From: Bacteroidota bacterium
Lineage (GTDB): Bacteria > Bacteroidota > Ignavibacteria > UBA10030 > UBA6906
NCBI GenBank assembly: GCA_046160825.1
Contig: JBJXHC010000038.1
Coordinates: 3,697 to 67,696 of the forward strand
Length of the DNA stretch: 64,000 nucleotides
Reading direction: 5' to 3'
Position 1 is the first letter of the stretch. Each line of letters begins with the position of its first letter. Below are positions 1 through 9,696 of the stretch, one piece after another. A model generated the notes under the pieces. It was not told the origin of the DNA and did not search any database. It saw nothing but the letters and a program-made list of their open reading frames with translations. A program made the translations under genes and the position numbers.

Positions 1-1193
1 TACACCACCACGGCATCACCGGAGTTGTTCAGCGTGGGGAATGCCGGAACATGGATGACTTGGGCTTCAATATCGGGATGGATATCCACAAATCCGGATG
101 AGTCCTTTGTGAGAATGATATACCCGCCCGCCGGGATTCTTCTATCAAGCGCAGTCAGCAGTTTCTTTGAAGTGGTGATATTATCAGACACCAACCAGTC
201 CTCCAAGGATATCGAATCAGATCGCGTATTGTATAGTTCCACCCATTCCGGTTCGCCGCTTGCCGGCGCGTACATAATCTCATTTACAACAACGCTCTGT
301 GGGCGATAACCAATCCCCAATAAACCAAACCCGATATTGTTTTGGAGATTCTGATCGGAACCATAAACTGCCTGGCCGATAACCTGATGTTCACCCACCT
401 CCCATACGCCCAAAAGGAGAACTACTTGTATACTATCGGCCGGCTGGAGAATGGATGCTATCGTTGCCGATGCGACAATCTCCGAGGGTTGAGGAAGGGA
501 ATCACGGTTCACATCATGGTATAAGTCTACGATAAAATCCTGGGCAGGGTCCAGTCCCGCATTCGCAATAGTGATCACTCCCTGGATGCTATCACCTTCG
601 AGTGGGGCAAGAGGAAAAAACGAGACCCGCTGGACGAGGAGGTCATGCGAAGTCAAGGCCGTCACGACAACATCGTCCATCCTCAACGTTCCTGTTGTCC
701 CAGTCGGGTCAGGAATAACCCGCCATCGAATTCGAACTCCGCCCTCGTATGCAAGCGTCTCCGGAAGCGCAAACTGATGGAACACATAATTTGTCGAACC
801 GGAATTCCTGAGGGTGTCGCCAATCAGGAACGGATACGAAACACCACTGTCAATTGAAGCTTCGGCAACCAGTCGGGCGTTGTGTGTTCCGGACCTGCGT
901 GTGTAGAATGCCAGACTCTCTGGTGCGAAGGTCGAAAAATTAAGAAGATGCGAATGAAGTTCTTGTGCGATAGTGGCATTCGTACTTAAAGCGGCGTTGG
1001 GGAAAGACCGTGGTGTTGAGGTTGTCGTCGTAAAGTCATCTGTCCCCGGAACACGGTTCTGCGAAGAACTCCACCCTGCGGGCAGAGCGGGTGCGGTGAT
1101 GGCATCAAACGATTCACCGTTCGGGAACTGTGCCCACGCTGAACTTGACACCAAGACAGTGATAACAATTGCAGACTGTAACCGGGACTTCAT
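1..1193 (-). CDS. Secreted lamin-tail-domain (LTD) protein, N-terminal part; the C-terminus lies beyond the window start
   Basis: An uninterrupted minus-strand frame runs from the ATG at 1191-1193 to the window edge. It is absent from the ORF track because there is no stop codon inside the window. The N-terminus MKSRLQSAIVITVLVSSSAWAQ looks like a signal peptide. Later residues VVVNEIMYAPASGEPEWVELYNTRSDSISLEDWLVSDN match the LTD (PF00932) signature. Confidence 0.6.
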   Translation of the reverse strand, partial: MKSRLQSAIVITVLVSSSAWAQFPNGESFDAITAPALPAGWSSSQNRVPGTDDFTTTTSTPRSFPNAALSTNATIAQELHSHLLNFSTFAPESLAFYTRRSGTHNARLVAEASIDSGVSYPFLIGDTLRNSGSTNYVFHQFALPETLAYEGGVRIRWRVIPDPTGTTGTLRMDDVVVTALTSHDLLVQRVSFFPLAPLEGDSIQGVITIANAGLDPAQDFIVDLYHDVNRDSLPQPSEIVASATIASILQPADSIQVVLLLGVWEVGEHQVIGQAVYGSDQNLQNNIGFGLLGIGYRPQSVVVNEIMYAPASGEPEWVELYNTRSDSISLEDWLVSDNITTSKKLLTALDRRIPAGGYIILTKDSSGFVDIHPDIEAQVIHVPAFPTLNNSGDAVVV

Positions 1194-1301
1194 GGAAACG
1201 AAGCGGCTGTTCGGACGAAGTAAAATGCTGCGATAATTGTAGTATAATAATTTCCGATATGCAAGCCTTTCGAGCGAAGACGTTCGGGATATGTGGGGCG
1301 G

Positions 1302-1330
1302 TTGACTTTTCCTGCAAGAATAAGTATATA
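1302..1330 (+). promoter_or_regulatory. Candidate sigma70-like promoter TTGACT-17-TATATA in the divergent intergenic region, upstream of the response regulator gene
   Basis: TTGACT at 1302-1307, a 17-nt spacer and TATATA at 1325-1330 lie in an AT-rich 158-bp divergent region between the LTD gene start and the response-regulator start. This is sequence-only and the organism may use FCB-type promoters instead. Confidence 0.3.
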
Positions 1331-1351
1331 CAGCAACATTTTCACGAGCAC

Positions 1352-1726
1352 ATGACAGCACAACGAGAAAAAATATTATTTGTTGATGACGATACCGAGT
1401 TGCGCACAATTGTGAAGGATCAGTTGAGCATCGCTGGGTATGAAGTCGAAGAAGCCGAGGATGGTCTCGAAGCCCTGGAAAAGATCAAGCATACAAGATA
1501 CGACCTCGTGTTGCTTGATATAACCATTCCAGGGAAATCGGGTCTTGATGTGCTGAAGTCAGCGAAGCAACTGCGGCCGGAATGCCGGGTCATTATTTTG
1601 ACCGGTGTTGTCGGACTGGCCGTGGCGATAGAAAGCTTGAAACTTGGTGCCATGGACTATGTTACCAAGCCCTACAACATGGAGTACCTGCTTACATCCA
1701 TCAAGAGGGCACTCGCACCATTATAG
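1352..1726 (+). CDS. Receiver-only (CheY-like) response regulator
   Basis: KILFVDDDTELR, DLVLLDITIPGKSG and the KPY motif are typical of a REC domain, and there is no output domain. The start was trimmed to ATG 1352 (the MTAQREK in-frame Met) from the track ORF 1169..1726. Confidence 0.8.
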   Translation: MTAQREKILFVDDDTELRTIVKDQLSIAGYEVEEAEDGLEALEKIKHTRYDLVLLDITIPGKSGLDVLKSAKQLRPECRVIILTGVVGLAVAIESLKLGAMDYVTKPYNMEYLLTSIKRALAPL

Positions 1727-1751
1727 AGCTGCGTATCATTTTCATGTAAAG

Positions 1752-1790
1752 AGAAAGGCGGCCTTGTAAGCCGCCTTTGCCGTTTCTCAA
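1752..1790. terminator. Bidirectional intrinsic terminator between the convergent response regulator and ahcY
   Basis: The stem AGGCGGC (1756-1762) pairs with GCCGCCT (1770-1776) around a 7-nt loop. It is followed by TTTGCCGTTTCTC on the plus strand and by a T-rich stretch on the minus strand. Confidence 0.55.
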
Positions 1791-1808
1791 ACCACTGATT
1801 TTTCTTGC

Positions 1809-3089
1809 CTACGTTCCTGAACTGTAATCGTCTATGTACGTCACCTGCTCTGCGGTCAGTTTGTCGATGGTGATTCCTTGTGTCTCCAGTTTCACCAGCG
1901 CGATTTGCTGATCCTGCAAAGGCGGAATGTCATGCACGGTGTTCGACAGGCGCTTACCCTTCTTGTCGGCCTCAGCGAGCCTCAACTGCGACATGAACTG
2001 GTTGGCGAATGACATGTCCATCACTTCCGATGGATGTCCCTCGGCTGCTGCAAGATTAACCAACCTGCCCTGCGCGAGGACATAGACGCGGTTCCCATTC
2101 TTAAGTACGTACTCATCATTGTTGGGCCGCACTTCACGCTTTGACTTCGAGACTTTGGCCAGATCGGTCAGGTTCAACTCGCAGTCGTAGTGTCCCGTGT
2201 TGCAAACAATCGCGCCGTCTTTCATTGACTGAAAATGTCGCTTGACAACAACGTCCTTCACGCCTGTTGCCGTGATGAAGATATCGCCCACCTTCGCAGC
2301 TTCATCCATCGTCATTACGCGGATGCCGTCAAGTGTCGCCTTGAGTGCGGCGGTTGCCTTGATTTCCGTAACGATGACATTGGCTCCGAGACCCTTTGCC
2401 CTGCTCGCAACGCCGCGCCCGCAATGACCGTAACCGGCGACAACAACGTTTTTGCCTGCAAACAAAACACTCGTTGCGCGAAGGATACCGTCAAGGGTTG
2501 ACTGTCCGGTCCCGAACACGTTATCAAAATCCCATTTTGTCTCGGCATCATTTACAGCAATCACCGGATATTTCAACGCTCCATCGGCAGCCATGGCGCG
2601 GAGACGATGGACACCTGTTGTGGTTTCTTCGGTCCCGCCAATAACATACTTCTCCGCAAATTCCGGATGTTTGTTATGAATGGTGAAGATCAGATCCGCA
2701 CCGTCGTCAAGCGTCAGGTTCGGATGGAATTTAAGCGTCTCCTCGATGCACCAGTAAAACTCCTTGACGTCCATTCCGTGCCACGCGAAAATCGAAATTC
2801 CTTCCGCCGCGAGTGCCGATGCGACGGCATCATTTGTAGAGAGCGGGTTGCAGCCACTCCAACTGACTTCCGCCCCGGCTTCTTCTAGCGTCCTGATGAG
2901 AACTGCTGTTTCCTTTGTTACGTGGAGACAACCGGCAATGCGGTATCCCTTCAATGGTTTTGTCTTGCGGTATTTTGCCCGCAATGCCATCAACACCGGC
3001 ATGCGTGATTCCGCCCATTCAATGAGTTTCTTGCCTTCGGCGGCCAGCTTCAGATCAGCGACCTTGTACTTTCCTGCTTTGTGATCCAT
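1809..3089 (-). CDS. ahcY: Adenosylhomocysteinase
   Basis: The protein is highly conserved with SAH hydrolase (GKNVVVAGYGHCGRG NAD-binding motif, about 426 aa). The start was trimmed to the MDHKAGKYKVADL Met. Confidence 0.95.
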   Translation of the reverse strand: MDHKAGKYKVADLKLAAEGKKLIEWAESRMPVLMALRAKYRKTKPLKGYRIAGCLHVTKETAVLIRTLEEAGAEVSWSGCNPLSTNDAVASALAAEGISIFAWHGMDVKEFYWCIEETLKFHPNLTLDDGADLIFTIHNKHPEFAEKYVIGGTEETTTGVHRLRAMAADGALKYPVIAVNDAETKWDFDNVFGTGQSTLDGILRATSVLFAGKNVVVAGYGHCGRGVASRAKGLGANVIVTEIKATAALKATLDGIRVMTMDEAAKVGDIFITATGVKDVVVKRHFQSMKDGAIVCNTGHYDCELNLTDLAKVSKSKREVRPNNDEYVLKNGNRVYVLAQGRLVNLAAAEGHPSEVMDMSFANQFMSQLRLAEADKKGKRLSNTVHDIPPLQDQQIALVKLETQGITIDKLTAEQVTYIDDYSSGT

Positions 3090-3130
3090 TGTTTCCTTAG
3101 TAAAATATGAATGATGATGTATGAACGCTT

Positions 3131-4294
3131 TTACCTGATGGCTCGCTGGAGCGTATTGATCAGGTCGAGTTTCTCCCACGAAAATTCCTTCTCATCCCTG
3201 CCGAAGTGTCCGTAGGCAGCAGTCTTTCGGTAGATCGGACGTCGCAATTGCAGTCGCGCAATCAACCCCGCCGGCGTCATGTCGATTTCCCTCTTGATCA
3301 CCCTCTCCAGCTCTTCATCAGGAATTCGACCTGTACCGATTGTATCGACGTGGATGGAAACCGGCTCCGCGACACCAATAGCATATGCAACCTGAATCAG
3401 ACATTCGTTTGCAAGTCCGGCACCGACGACATTTTTTGCTATGTGGCGGGCTGCGTACGCGGCGCTGCGATCAACCTTTGAAGGATCCTTTCCGGAAAAT
3501 GCGCCGCCGCCATGCGGTGCGCGGCCACCATACGTATCGACAATAATTTTTCTTCCCGTGAGTCCACTATCGCCGTGAGGTCCGCCAATCTCAAACTTGC
3601 CGGTCGGGTTCACATGAATAACGAGTGAACTGTCGCGCAAGCGCTTGGGGATGACGTATTCGATGACATGCTTCGTTACGTCGCGTTTAATTCTTTGCTG
3701 GCTGATATTGGGGTCGTGCTGTGTGGAAATAACCACCGTGTGAATCCGTATCGGCTTGCGTCCCTGGTATTCCACGGTCACCTGCGACTTCGCATCCGGA
3801 CGCAGATACGGCATCAACTTCGGATTGTTCTTGCGGATGTCGGCAAGGCGTTTCACCAGTTTGTGCGAGTACTGAAGTGCCATCGGCATGTATTCCGGTG
3901 TTTCGTCGGTTGCGTATCCAAACATCATTCCCTGGTCACCCGCACCCTGCTTCTTTTTCTTCTTTTTGTTCGCATCAACACCCATGGCAATGTCCGGCGA
4001 CTGGGAATGCAACGCCGCGAGAATGCCGCAGGAGTTTGCCTCAAACATGTACTCTGCTCGCGTATAGCCAATCTCTCTGATCACTGCCCGCACAACGTCG
4101 GGAATGTTCACCCACGCATTGGTCGTGACCTCTCCTGCAACAACCACCTGACCCGTCGTGACGAGTGTTTCGCATGCAACGCGGGAATGTGGATCCTGTT
4201 TCAGCATTTCGTCCAGCACAGCATCGGAGATCTGATCCGCTACCTTGTCGGGATGTCCTTCAGAAACAGATTCCGATGTGAATAGATACGACAT
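3131..4294 (-). CDS. metK: S-adenosylmethionine synthetase
   Basis: [25 protein letters not shown] and [22 protein letters not shown] are MetK hallmarks. It lies immediately upstream of ahcY as an activated-methyl-cycle pair. Confidence 0.95.
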   Translation of the reverse strand: MSYLFTSESVSEGHPDKVADQISDAVLDEMLKQDPHSRVACETLVTTGQVVVAGEVTTNAWVNIPDVVRAVIREIGYTRAEYMFEANSCGILAALHSQSPDIAMGVDANKKKKKKQGAGDQGMMFGYATDETPEYMPMALQYSHKLVKRLADIRKNNPKLMPYLRPDAKSQVTVEYQGRKPIRIHTVVISTQHDPNISQQRIKRDVTKHVIEYVIPKRLRDSSLVIHVNPTGKFEIGGPHGDSGLTGRKIIVDTYGGRAPHGGGAFSGKDPSKVDRSAAYAARHIAKNVVGAGLANECLIQVAYAIGVAEPVSIHVDTIGTGRIPDEELERVIKREIDMTPAGLIARLQLRRPIYRKTAAYGHFGRDEKEFSWEKLDLINTLQRAIR

Positions 4295-4339
4295 GTTCAA
4301 CCTCAACTATGTATGTTAATGAATGATCTGGGACTTGCT

Positions 4340-5317
4340 CTAGTAGAAATCGATCTCTGACGAACCACCGACATTAATGCGCTTGTATCCGCCCTTGACG
4401 ACCGAACCGTTTCCGACAATGGAGTTGTCGAGCATCGCGCGTTGCACATGCGCGTCCTCTCCAATGATCGAGTTCTTCACGACCGATTCGGAGATCTGCG
4501 CATTGTCGCCCACCGTCGTGAAAGGTCCGATGATGCAATCTTTCAGAATGGCTTTGGGCGAGATATATACAGGCTCATTTATGACGACGCCTTCAATCTT
4601 GCGGGAGGTGGATTTTTTTTCAAGCAGAGCGCGGTTGGTGGAAAGAAGCGTTTCGGGCTTGCCACAATCGAACCAACCCTCAACATTAAACGTGGTTATC
4701 TTTTCCCCACGCTCGATCATCATTTGCAGGGCATCAGTCAGTTGATACTCTCCCTTTGTACGCAAGTCCTTATCAACCAGTTCGTTCAAACACGATACGA
4801 GGAGCGGTGTATTTATCAGATAATAGAGACCGACGATTGCAAGATTACTGATGGGTTTTTCAGGTTTTTCCACGAGACGTTTGATCTGTCCGTTTTCCAT
4901 TTCGGCAACACCGAAGCGCCGCGGGTCATCGACGTGCTTTACGCCAAGGGATGATGTCTTTGCCTTGAGCACCGGGCCAAGATCGACGTCAAAGATCGTG
5001 TCGCCAAGGATGATAAGCACAGGTTCGTTGCCGAGTGTCTGACGGGAAAGATAGATGGCATGACCAAGTCCGAGCCGCTCTTCCTGCTCGACAAAATCCG
5101 CGGCAAAGTGTGGATAGGCTTGAGAGACGTATTCCCTAATCTTGTCGCTCATATGACCGACAATAAACGTCGCCTCATTGATCTTTTCACCAATGATCTT
5201 ATCAAGGATATGACCAAGAATCGGCTTTCCCGCCACGTTCAACAGGACTTTAGGCAGCGTATAGGTATGGGGCCGGAGTCTGCTGCCGACCCCTGCAACC
5301 GGAATAATAGCTCTCAT
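4340..5317 (-). CDS. Sugar-1-phosphate nucleotidyltransferase (NTP_transferase domain plus a C-terminal left-handed beta-helix), G1P thymidylyl/uridylyltransferase-like
   Basis: The N-terminus MRAIIPVAGVGSRLRP...PKVLL fits the nucleotidyltransferase fold. The C-terminus carries hexapeptide repeats (VGDNAQISESVVKNSIIGEDAHVQRAMLDNSIVGNGSVV). The start was trimmed to the MRAIIPVAG Met. Confidence 0.75.
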   Translation of the reverse strand: MRAIIPVAGVGSRLRPHTYTLPKVLLNVAGKPILGHILDKIIGEKINEATFIVGHMSDKIREYVSQAYPHFAADFVEQEERLGLGHAIYLSRQTLGNEPVLIILGDTIFDVDLGPVLKAKTSSLGVKHVDDPRRFGVAEMENGQIKRLVEKPEKPISNLAIVGLYYLINTPLLVSCLNELVDKDLRTKGEYQLTDALQMMIERGEKITTFNVEGWFDCGKPETLLSTNRALLEKKSTSRKIEGVVINEPVYISPKAILKDCIIGPFTTVGDNAQISESVVKNSIIGEDAHVQRAMLDNSIVGNGSVVKGGYKRINVGGSSEIDFY

Positions 5318-5579
5318 TGCACTGTGGCTTTGGAAATCATGAATAACATCAGAATTGGTTAAAATCGACGATAAAGGTACGTAACAATACCAAGATATGC
5401 AACAAAGTAGGGTGCGCCGTAACACACACTCGAATCGATTCTCATGAAGAGCACTCACCAAATGCTGACTTATGTTTACAACATCGAAGAACTTCCCGCA
5501 CATTTGCGCGTTTTGGTTATCTTGCTTCTCTATAGTGAATTGGTTATTTTTTCGCGTAGTATCCCGACCATGTCAGCCA

Positions 5580-6650
5580 ATGCCAAAGAAAACTCCGCCG
5601 CGGGGTACACCGTCCCGCAAGAAGCAACACGTAGAACTTACGGTGACAAAAGATGTACGTTTCCAACGAAAAACCACAGGGCTGGCCGATCTGGAGTTTG
5701 TGCATAACGCGCTGCCAGAGATTGACCTCGCCGAACTCGATACTTCCACCAGGTTCTTATCCCACACAATCAGCCTCCCCTTCATGGTTTCATGCATGAC
5801 GGGCGGATATCCCGATGCACTGCGAATCAACCGGCAACTTGCCGAGATATGCGAAGAACTTGTCATCCCCATGGGGGTGGGAAGTCAGCGTCAGGCACTT
5901 GAGGATTCCAGGTACCATCGTACGTTCAGTATTGTTCGCGAGGCAGCGCCCTCCATTCCGATCGTCGGAAATATTGGTGCAAGTGAAGTCGCTCATCTCA
6001 CGTCGCCGGTCTCCATCCAACGACTTGTTGATTTGATTCGGGCCGATGCGTTCGCAGTACACCTCAACCCGCTGCAGGAATTTCTGCAACCGGAGGGGTC
6101 GACGAAATTCTCTGGAGTCCTTAAAGGTATCGAGCAACTGGTAAAGGGCCTGAATGTTCCTGTGATCGTCAAGGAGATTGGTGCGGGACTTTCCGCTGAA
6201 GTCTCGGAGCGGCTTTACAATGCCGGCGTCCGATATATCGACGTCGCCGGTGCAGGCGGAACGAGCTGGGCTGGCGTTGAAATACTCAGGAGTAAGAATC
6301 GGGATTTCGCCCGGTCCTTTTGGGATTGGGGAATTCCCACGGCACATGCCGTGCGTGAGACCGCCCGCCTGAAGACCGACTCACGCACATTCACCCTCAT
6401 CGCATCCGGAGGAATTGAGAACGGACTGGACGTGGCAAAATGTATCGCATTGGGGGCTGATATGTGTTCTGCGGCGCGACCGGTGTTACAGACATTGATG
6501 CTGCATGGCAAGAAAGCCGCCCTTCTCCTCATCGGTCAATGGACGCAGGAATTACGAGGCGCAATGTTCCTGACGGGTTCAAAAAACATTGCCGCACTCC
6601 AGCGCGCTCCACTCGTGACCTACAGGCCGCATGCACGCATCTCAATTTGA
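5580..6650 (+). CDS. fni: Isopentenyl-diphosphate delta-isomerase, type 2 (FMN-dependent)
   Basis: RKKQHVE...VRF at the N-terminus, MTGG, and the GAGGTSWAGVE glycine-rich FMN-binding signature identify IDI-2. The start was trimmed to the MPKKTPP Met. Confidence 0.85.
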   Translation: MPKKTPPRGTPSRKKQHVELTVTKDVRFQRKTTGLADLEFVHNALPEIDLAELDTSTRFLSHTISLPFMVSCMTGGYPDALRINRQLAEICEELVIPMGVGSQRQALEDSRYHRTFSIVREAAPSIPIVGNIGASEVAHLTSPVSIQRLVDLIRADAFAVHLNPLQEFLQPEGSTKFSGVLKGIEQLVKGLNVPVIVKEIGAGLSAEVSERLYNAGVRYIDVAGAGGTSWAGVEILRSKNRDFARSFWDWGIPTAHAVRETARLKTDSRTFTLIASGGIENGLDVAKCIALGADMCSAARPVLQTLMLHGKKAALLLIGQWTQELRGAMFLTGSKNIAALQRAPLVTYRPHARISI

Positions 6651-7638
6651 ACGCCGATATCAGACTCTTCGCTGGTTAGTCGACAAACGGGTCGCACGGC
6701 TTGCAGGAAAGTGGGAATCCAGCGACATTGAAAAGGGATGCCGGTATGTCCTCCGCGCGCGCGGCAAACGCGTCCGCGCGATACTTCTGCTTCTTTCATG
6801 CGAAGCAGTGGGTGGACATGCACGGAACGCTGTCGATGCCGGCGCGGCCGTTGAGGCGATGCATAATTTCACTCTTGTCCACGATGACATCATGGACAAC
6901 GCGGATGCGAGAAGGGGACGCCCCACCGTTCATCGCAAGTGGGATGCAAATACCGCCTTGCTCGTGGGCGATGTGCTGCTCGGACTCGCGTACAAAAGTG
7001 TGGGAAAAACTGATTCAAACAATCTCCGGAAAATCATTTCCCTTTTTACCGAGGGATTGCTTGAAGTATGTGAGGGACAGGCCTTGGATCTGGAGTTTGA
7101 ACGACGGGGCTCCGTCTCCCTTGATGAATACTTCGTTATGATTGAAAAGAAAACAGCACGGCTCATCTCGATGTCCACGGAGTTGGGTGGCTTGCTTGGC
7201 AACGGTACCGCCCAGCAAGTGAAACAATTGTACAAGTTTGGTCGTCATCTCGGACGGGCATTTCAACTGCAGGATGACCTGCTGGACGTCGCGGCCGACG
7301 AAAAGAAGTTCGGCAAGACCATCGGCGGCGATATCATCGAAGGCAAGAAGACCTTCCTGCTACTCACGGCATGGAAACGAGCGGTCGGAGGCGACAAGAG
7401 ATTTCTCGGGAGCATCATGCAACCAAAGCAAGCATCGCTGTTATCCTCAATTGCAAAACAAAAGAGAATCGCGACGGTCACAGCACTCTATGAAAAATAT
7501 GGGGTGATGGGTGAAGCGAGAAAACAAATTGCCCGGGAGACTGATGCAGCAGTACGGGCGCTTGCCAAACTTCCACACAACCGGGCAACCAGAATGCTCG
7601 GATGGTTCTCAGACGTTCTTCTGCACAGGACTGCCTGA
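6631..7638 (+). CDS. Polyprenyl diphosphate synthase (GGPP synthase-like trans-prenyltransferase)
   Basis: Both aspartate-rich motifs are present (LVHDDIMDNADARRG and FQLQDDLLD). It overlaps the fni stop by 20 nt, which suggests translational coupling. Confidence 0.85.
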   Translation: MHASQFERRYQTLRWLVDKRVARLAGKWESSDIEKGCRYVLRARGKRVRAILLLLSCEAVGGHARNAVDAGAAVEAMHNFTLVHDDIMDNADARRGRPTVHRKWDANTALLVGDVLLGLAYKSVGKTDSNNLRKIISLFTEGLLEVCEGQALDLEFERRGSVSLDEYFVMIEKKTARLISMSTELGGLLGNGTAQQVKQLYKFGRHLGRAFQLQDDLLDVAADEKKFGKTIGGDIIEGKKTFLLLTAWKRAVGGDKRFLGSIMQPKQASLLSSIAKQKRIATVTALYEKYGVMGEARKQIARETDAAVRALAKLPHNRATRMLGWFSDVLLHRTA

Positions 7639-7640
7639 CG

Positions 7641-7907
7641 GTGATTGAACGCGATGTGACCATACGGAATAGAGCAGGACTGCATACAAGACCGGCGGCA
7701 ACACTTGTCAAGACAGCCGCGCGGTTCAAGGCGGAGTTCTTCATTCAAAAAGACGGGTTCGAGATCAACGGCAAAAGTATTATCGGTGTTATGACTCTGG
7801 CTGCGGAACAGGGTTCCACGCTTCACCTCACGTTTGACGGTCCCGATGAGGAGGAAGCGGCAACAGCCGTGGTTGACCTATTTGAGCGCGGGTTCGACGA
7901 ACAATGA
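7641..7907 (+). CDS. ptsH: Phosphocarrier protein HPr
   Basis: A GTG start at 7641 gives an 88-aa protein with the active-site His at position 15 (RAGLHTRPAA) and a Ser46-type motif (GKSIIGVMTLAA). The 101-aa form in the ORF track overlaps the upstream gene and mis-positions His15. Confidence 0.8.
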   Translation: MIERDVTIRNRAGLHTRPAATLVKTAARFKAEFFIQKDGFEINGKSIIGVMTLAAEQGSTLHLTFDGPDEEEAATAVVDLFERGFDEQ

Positions 7908-9673
7908 GCGAAACAACAACAGCAGTCGAGACACAGGAAATTATTCTCAAGGGCATCCCCGCTGCGCCGGGCATTGCCATGGGTCCTGCGTACCTCTACA
8001 GCAAACAAGTCCCGCTTGTGAAGCTCAAGGAGATTGCCCCACCAGAAGTCGAGGCAGAAATCGAACGCCTGCGCGCATCAGTCCTGCGCGCCGAAAAAGA
8101 ACTCCAGAAGATTCTCTCGTTCGCTGAACAGAAACTCGGAACCCAGAGTGCCCGGATCTTCGAAGCCCAGATCATGATCCTGAACGATCAAATCCTGATG
8201 GATGCAATTGAACGACGGATCCGGACAGAATTGAAGAACTCTGAATATCTCGTCATGGACGAGATCAACAAGTACAAACGTATCATGCTGGAGGCTCCGG
8301 GTGAGTATATGCATGAACGGGCACACGACCTTGATGACGTGATGAACCGTATCATCCGCAATATTCAAGACCAGAAGTTGTTCTCGCGGCTCACTGGGGA
8401 GTCCATTATCGTCTCCGAATCCCTCACACCTGCCGACACTGTTATTTTCAGCCGCAACCAGATTCTCGGATATGCAACGGACTTCGGCGGCACCACATCG
8501 CACGCCGCGCTGCTTTCCCGTTCACTCAAGATTCCTGCGGTCGTCGCACTCCACTCCGTGACAAAGCAAATTCGTACAGGCGATTTTCTCGCCGTGGATG
8601 GCTACGGAGGCATTGTCGCCGTGAACCCGACGGAAGAGACGATCCAGAGAATGAAACGGAAGCAGCAACGCTTCAAGGATTTTGAGCAGGACCTCGTCTC
8701 CATTTCCGGACTCGCGGCTGAAACACTTGACCATCGTCAGGTCGAGCTTTCGGCAAATATCGAATTCGAAGACGAGACCGATTTTGCGCTTGAGCAAGGT
8801 TCCGCAGGAATCGGGCTCTATCGCACCGAAGGACAACTCATGGGCCGCAACACATTTCCCTCTGAGGATGAGCAATATGCAGAGTACAGAAATGTGGCTG
8901 AACGTATCCATCCCCACCCTGTCCTCTTTCGGACGTTCGATATTGGCGGGGATAAGATATCGCCGGATGCGCTGCATGAGGAGAATCCGTTCCTCGGCTG
9001 GCGCGGTATTCGCATTTCTCTCGACAGACCCGACGCTTTTCTGGCCCAATTGCGGGCGCTCCTGAGAGCGAGCACAAAGAAGAATGTCCGCATCATGTTC
9101 CCCATGATCTCCAGTGTGCAGGAAGTCCGGCGGGCAAAGGAACTTCTCGGACAAGCCAAGAAGGAATTGACAGCGAAAAATCTCCCCTTCGATCCCAATA
9201 TCCACATCGGTGTGATGATTGAAGTCCCCTCCGCTGCACTCCTCGCCGAAGAGATCGCCAGGGAAGTGGACTTCCTCAGCATCGGAACGAATGATTTGAT
9301 TCAGTACGTTCTTGCCGTGGACCGCGGGAACGCGGCGGTTGCCTCGCTTTACCAGGAATTCAATCCTGCCGTCGTCCGACTCATCAAGTCTGTGATTACC
9401 GCGGGACATAAGCACAATAAATGGGTGGGTATGTGCGGCGAGATGGCTGGTGACCCACTTGCAACCGTGCTGTTGGTGGGAATGGGATTGGACGAGTTCA
9501 GCGTGGTCCCCACCATCCTGCCGGAGATCAAGAAAATTATTCGATCCATCAAATTCAAGGAAGCGAAACGGATCGCGGACAAAGCACTGACGTTCTCCAC
9601 TGAAGACGAAATCAAAGCGTACCTTGCAGAATTCGTAAAGAGCAAGCTCCCTGACATTCCCATCGAAGCATAA
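7904..9673 (+). CDS. ptsI: Phosphoenolpyruvate-protein phosphotransferase (Enzyme I)
   Basis: It is 589 aa with the GGTTSHAALLSRSLKIPAVV phospho-His region and a PEP-utilising TIM-barrel C-terminus (IGTNDLIQY, CGEMAGDP). The ATGA overlap with ptsH indicates coupling. Confidence 0.95.
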   Translation: MSETTTAVETQEIILKGIPAAPGIAMGPAYLYSKQVPLVKLKEIAPPEVEAEIERLRASVLRAEKELQKILSFAEQKLGTQSARIFEAQIMILNDQILMDAIERRIRTELKNSEYLVMDEINKYKRIMLEAPGEYMHERAHDLDDVMNRIIRNIQDQKLFSRLTGESIIVSESLTPADTVIFSRNQILGYATDFGGTTSHAALLSRSLKIPAVVALHSVTKQIRTGDFLAVDGYGGIVAVNPTEETIQRMKRKQQRFKDFEQDLVSISGLAAETLDHRQVELSANIEFEDETDFALEQGSAGIGLYRTEGQLMGRNTFPSEDEQYAEYRNVAERIHPHPVLFRTFDIGGDKISPDALHEENPFLGWRGIRISLDRPDAFLAQLRALLRASTKKNVRIMFPMISSVQEVRRAKELLGQAKKELTAKNLPFDPNIHIGVMIEVPSAALLAEEIAREVDFLSIGTNDLIQYVLAVDRGNAAVASLYQEFNPAVVRLIKSVITAGHKHNKWVGMCGEMAGDPLATVLLVGMGLDEFSVVPTILPEIKKIIRSIKFKEAKRIADKALTFSTEDEIKAYLAEFVKSKLPDIPIEA

Positions 9674-9696
9674 TGTAAATCAACAGAAGGACCACC

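Noticed and set aside
5318-5579. A possible SAM riboswitch in the leader of the nucleotidyltransferase-metK-ahcY transcript.
   Set aside because: The minus-strand leader shows none of the SAM-I or SAM-II conserved cores. Only about 40-45 nt separate metK and ahcY from their upstream genes.
7602-7640. The longer HPr start at ATG 7602.
   Set aside because: It overlaps the upstream gene by 37 nt and shifts the catalytic His away from position 15. GTG 7641 gives a canonical 88-aa HPr.
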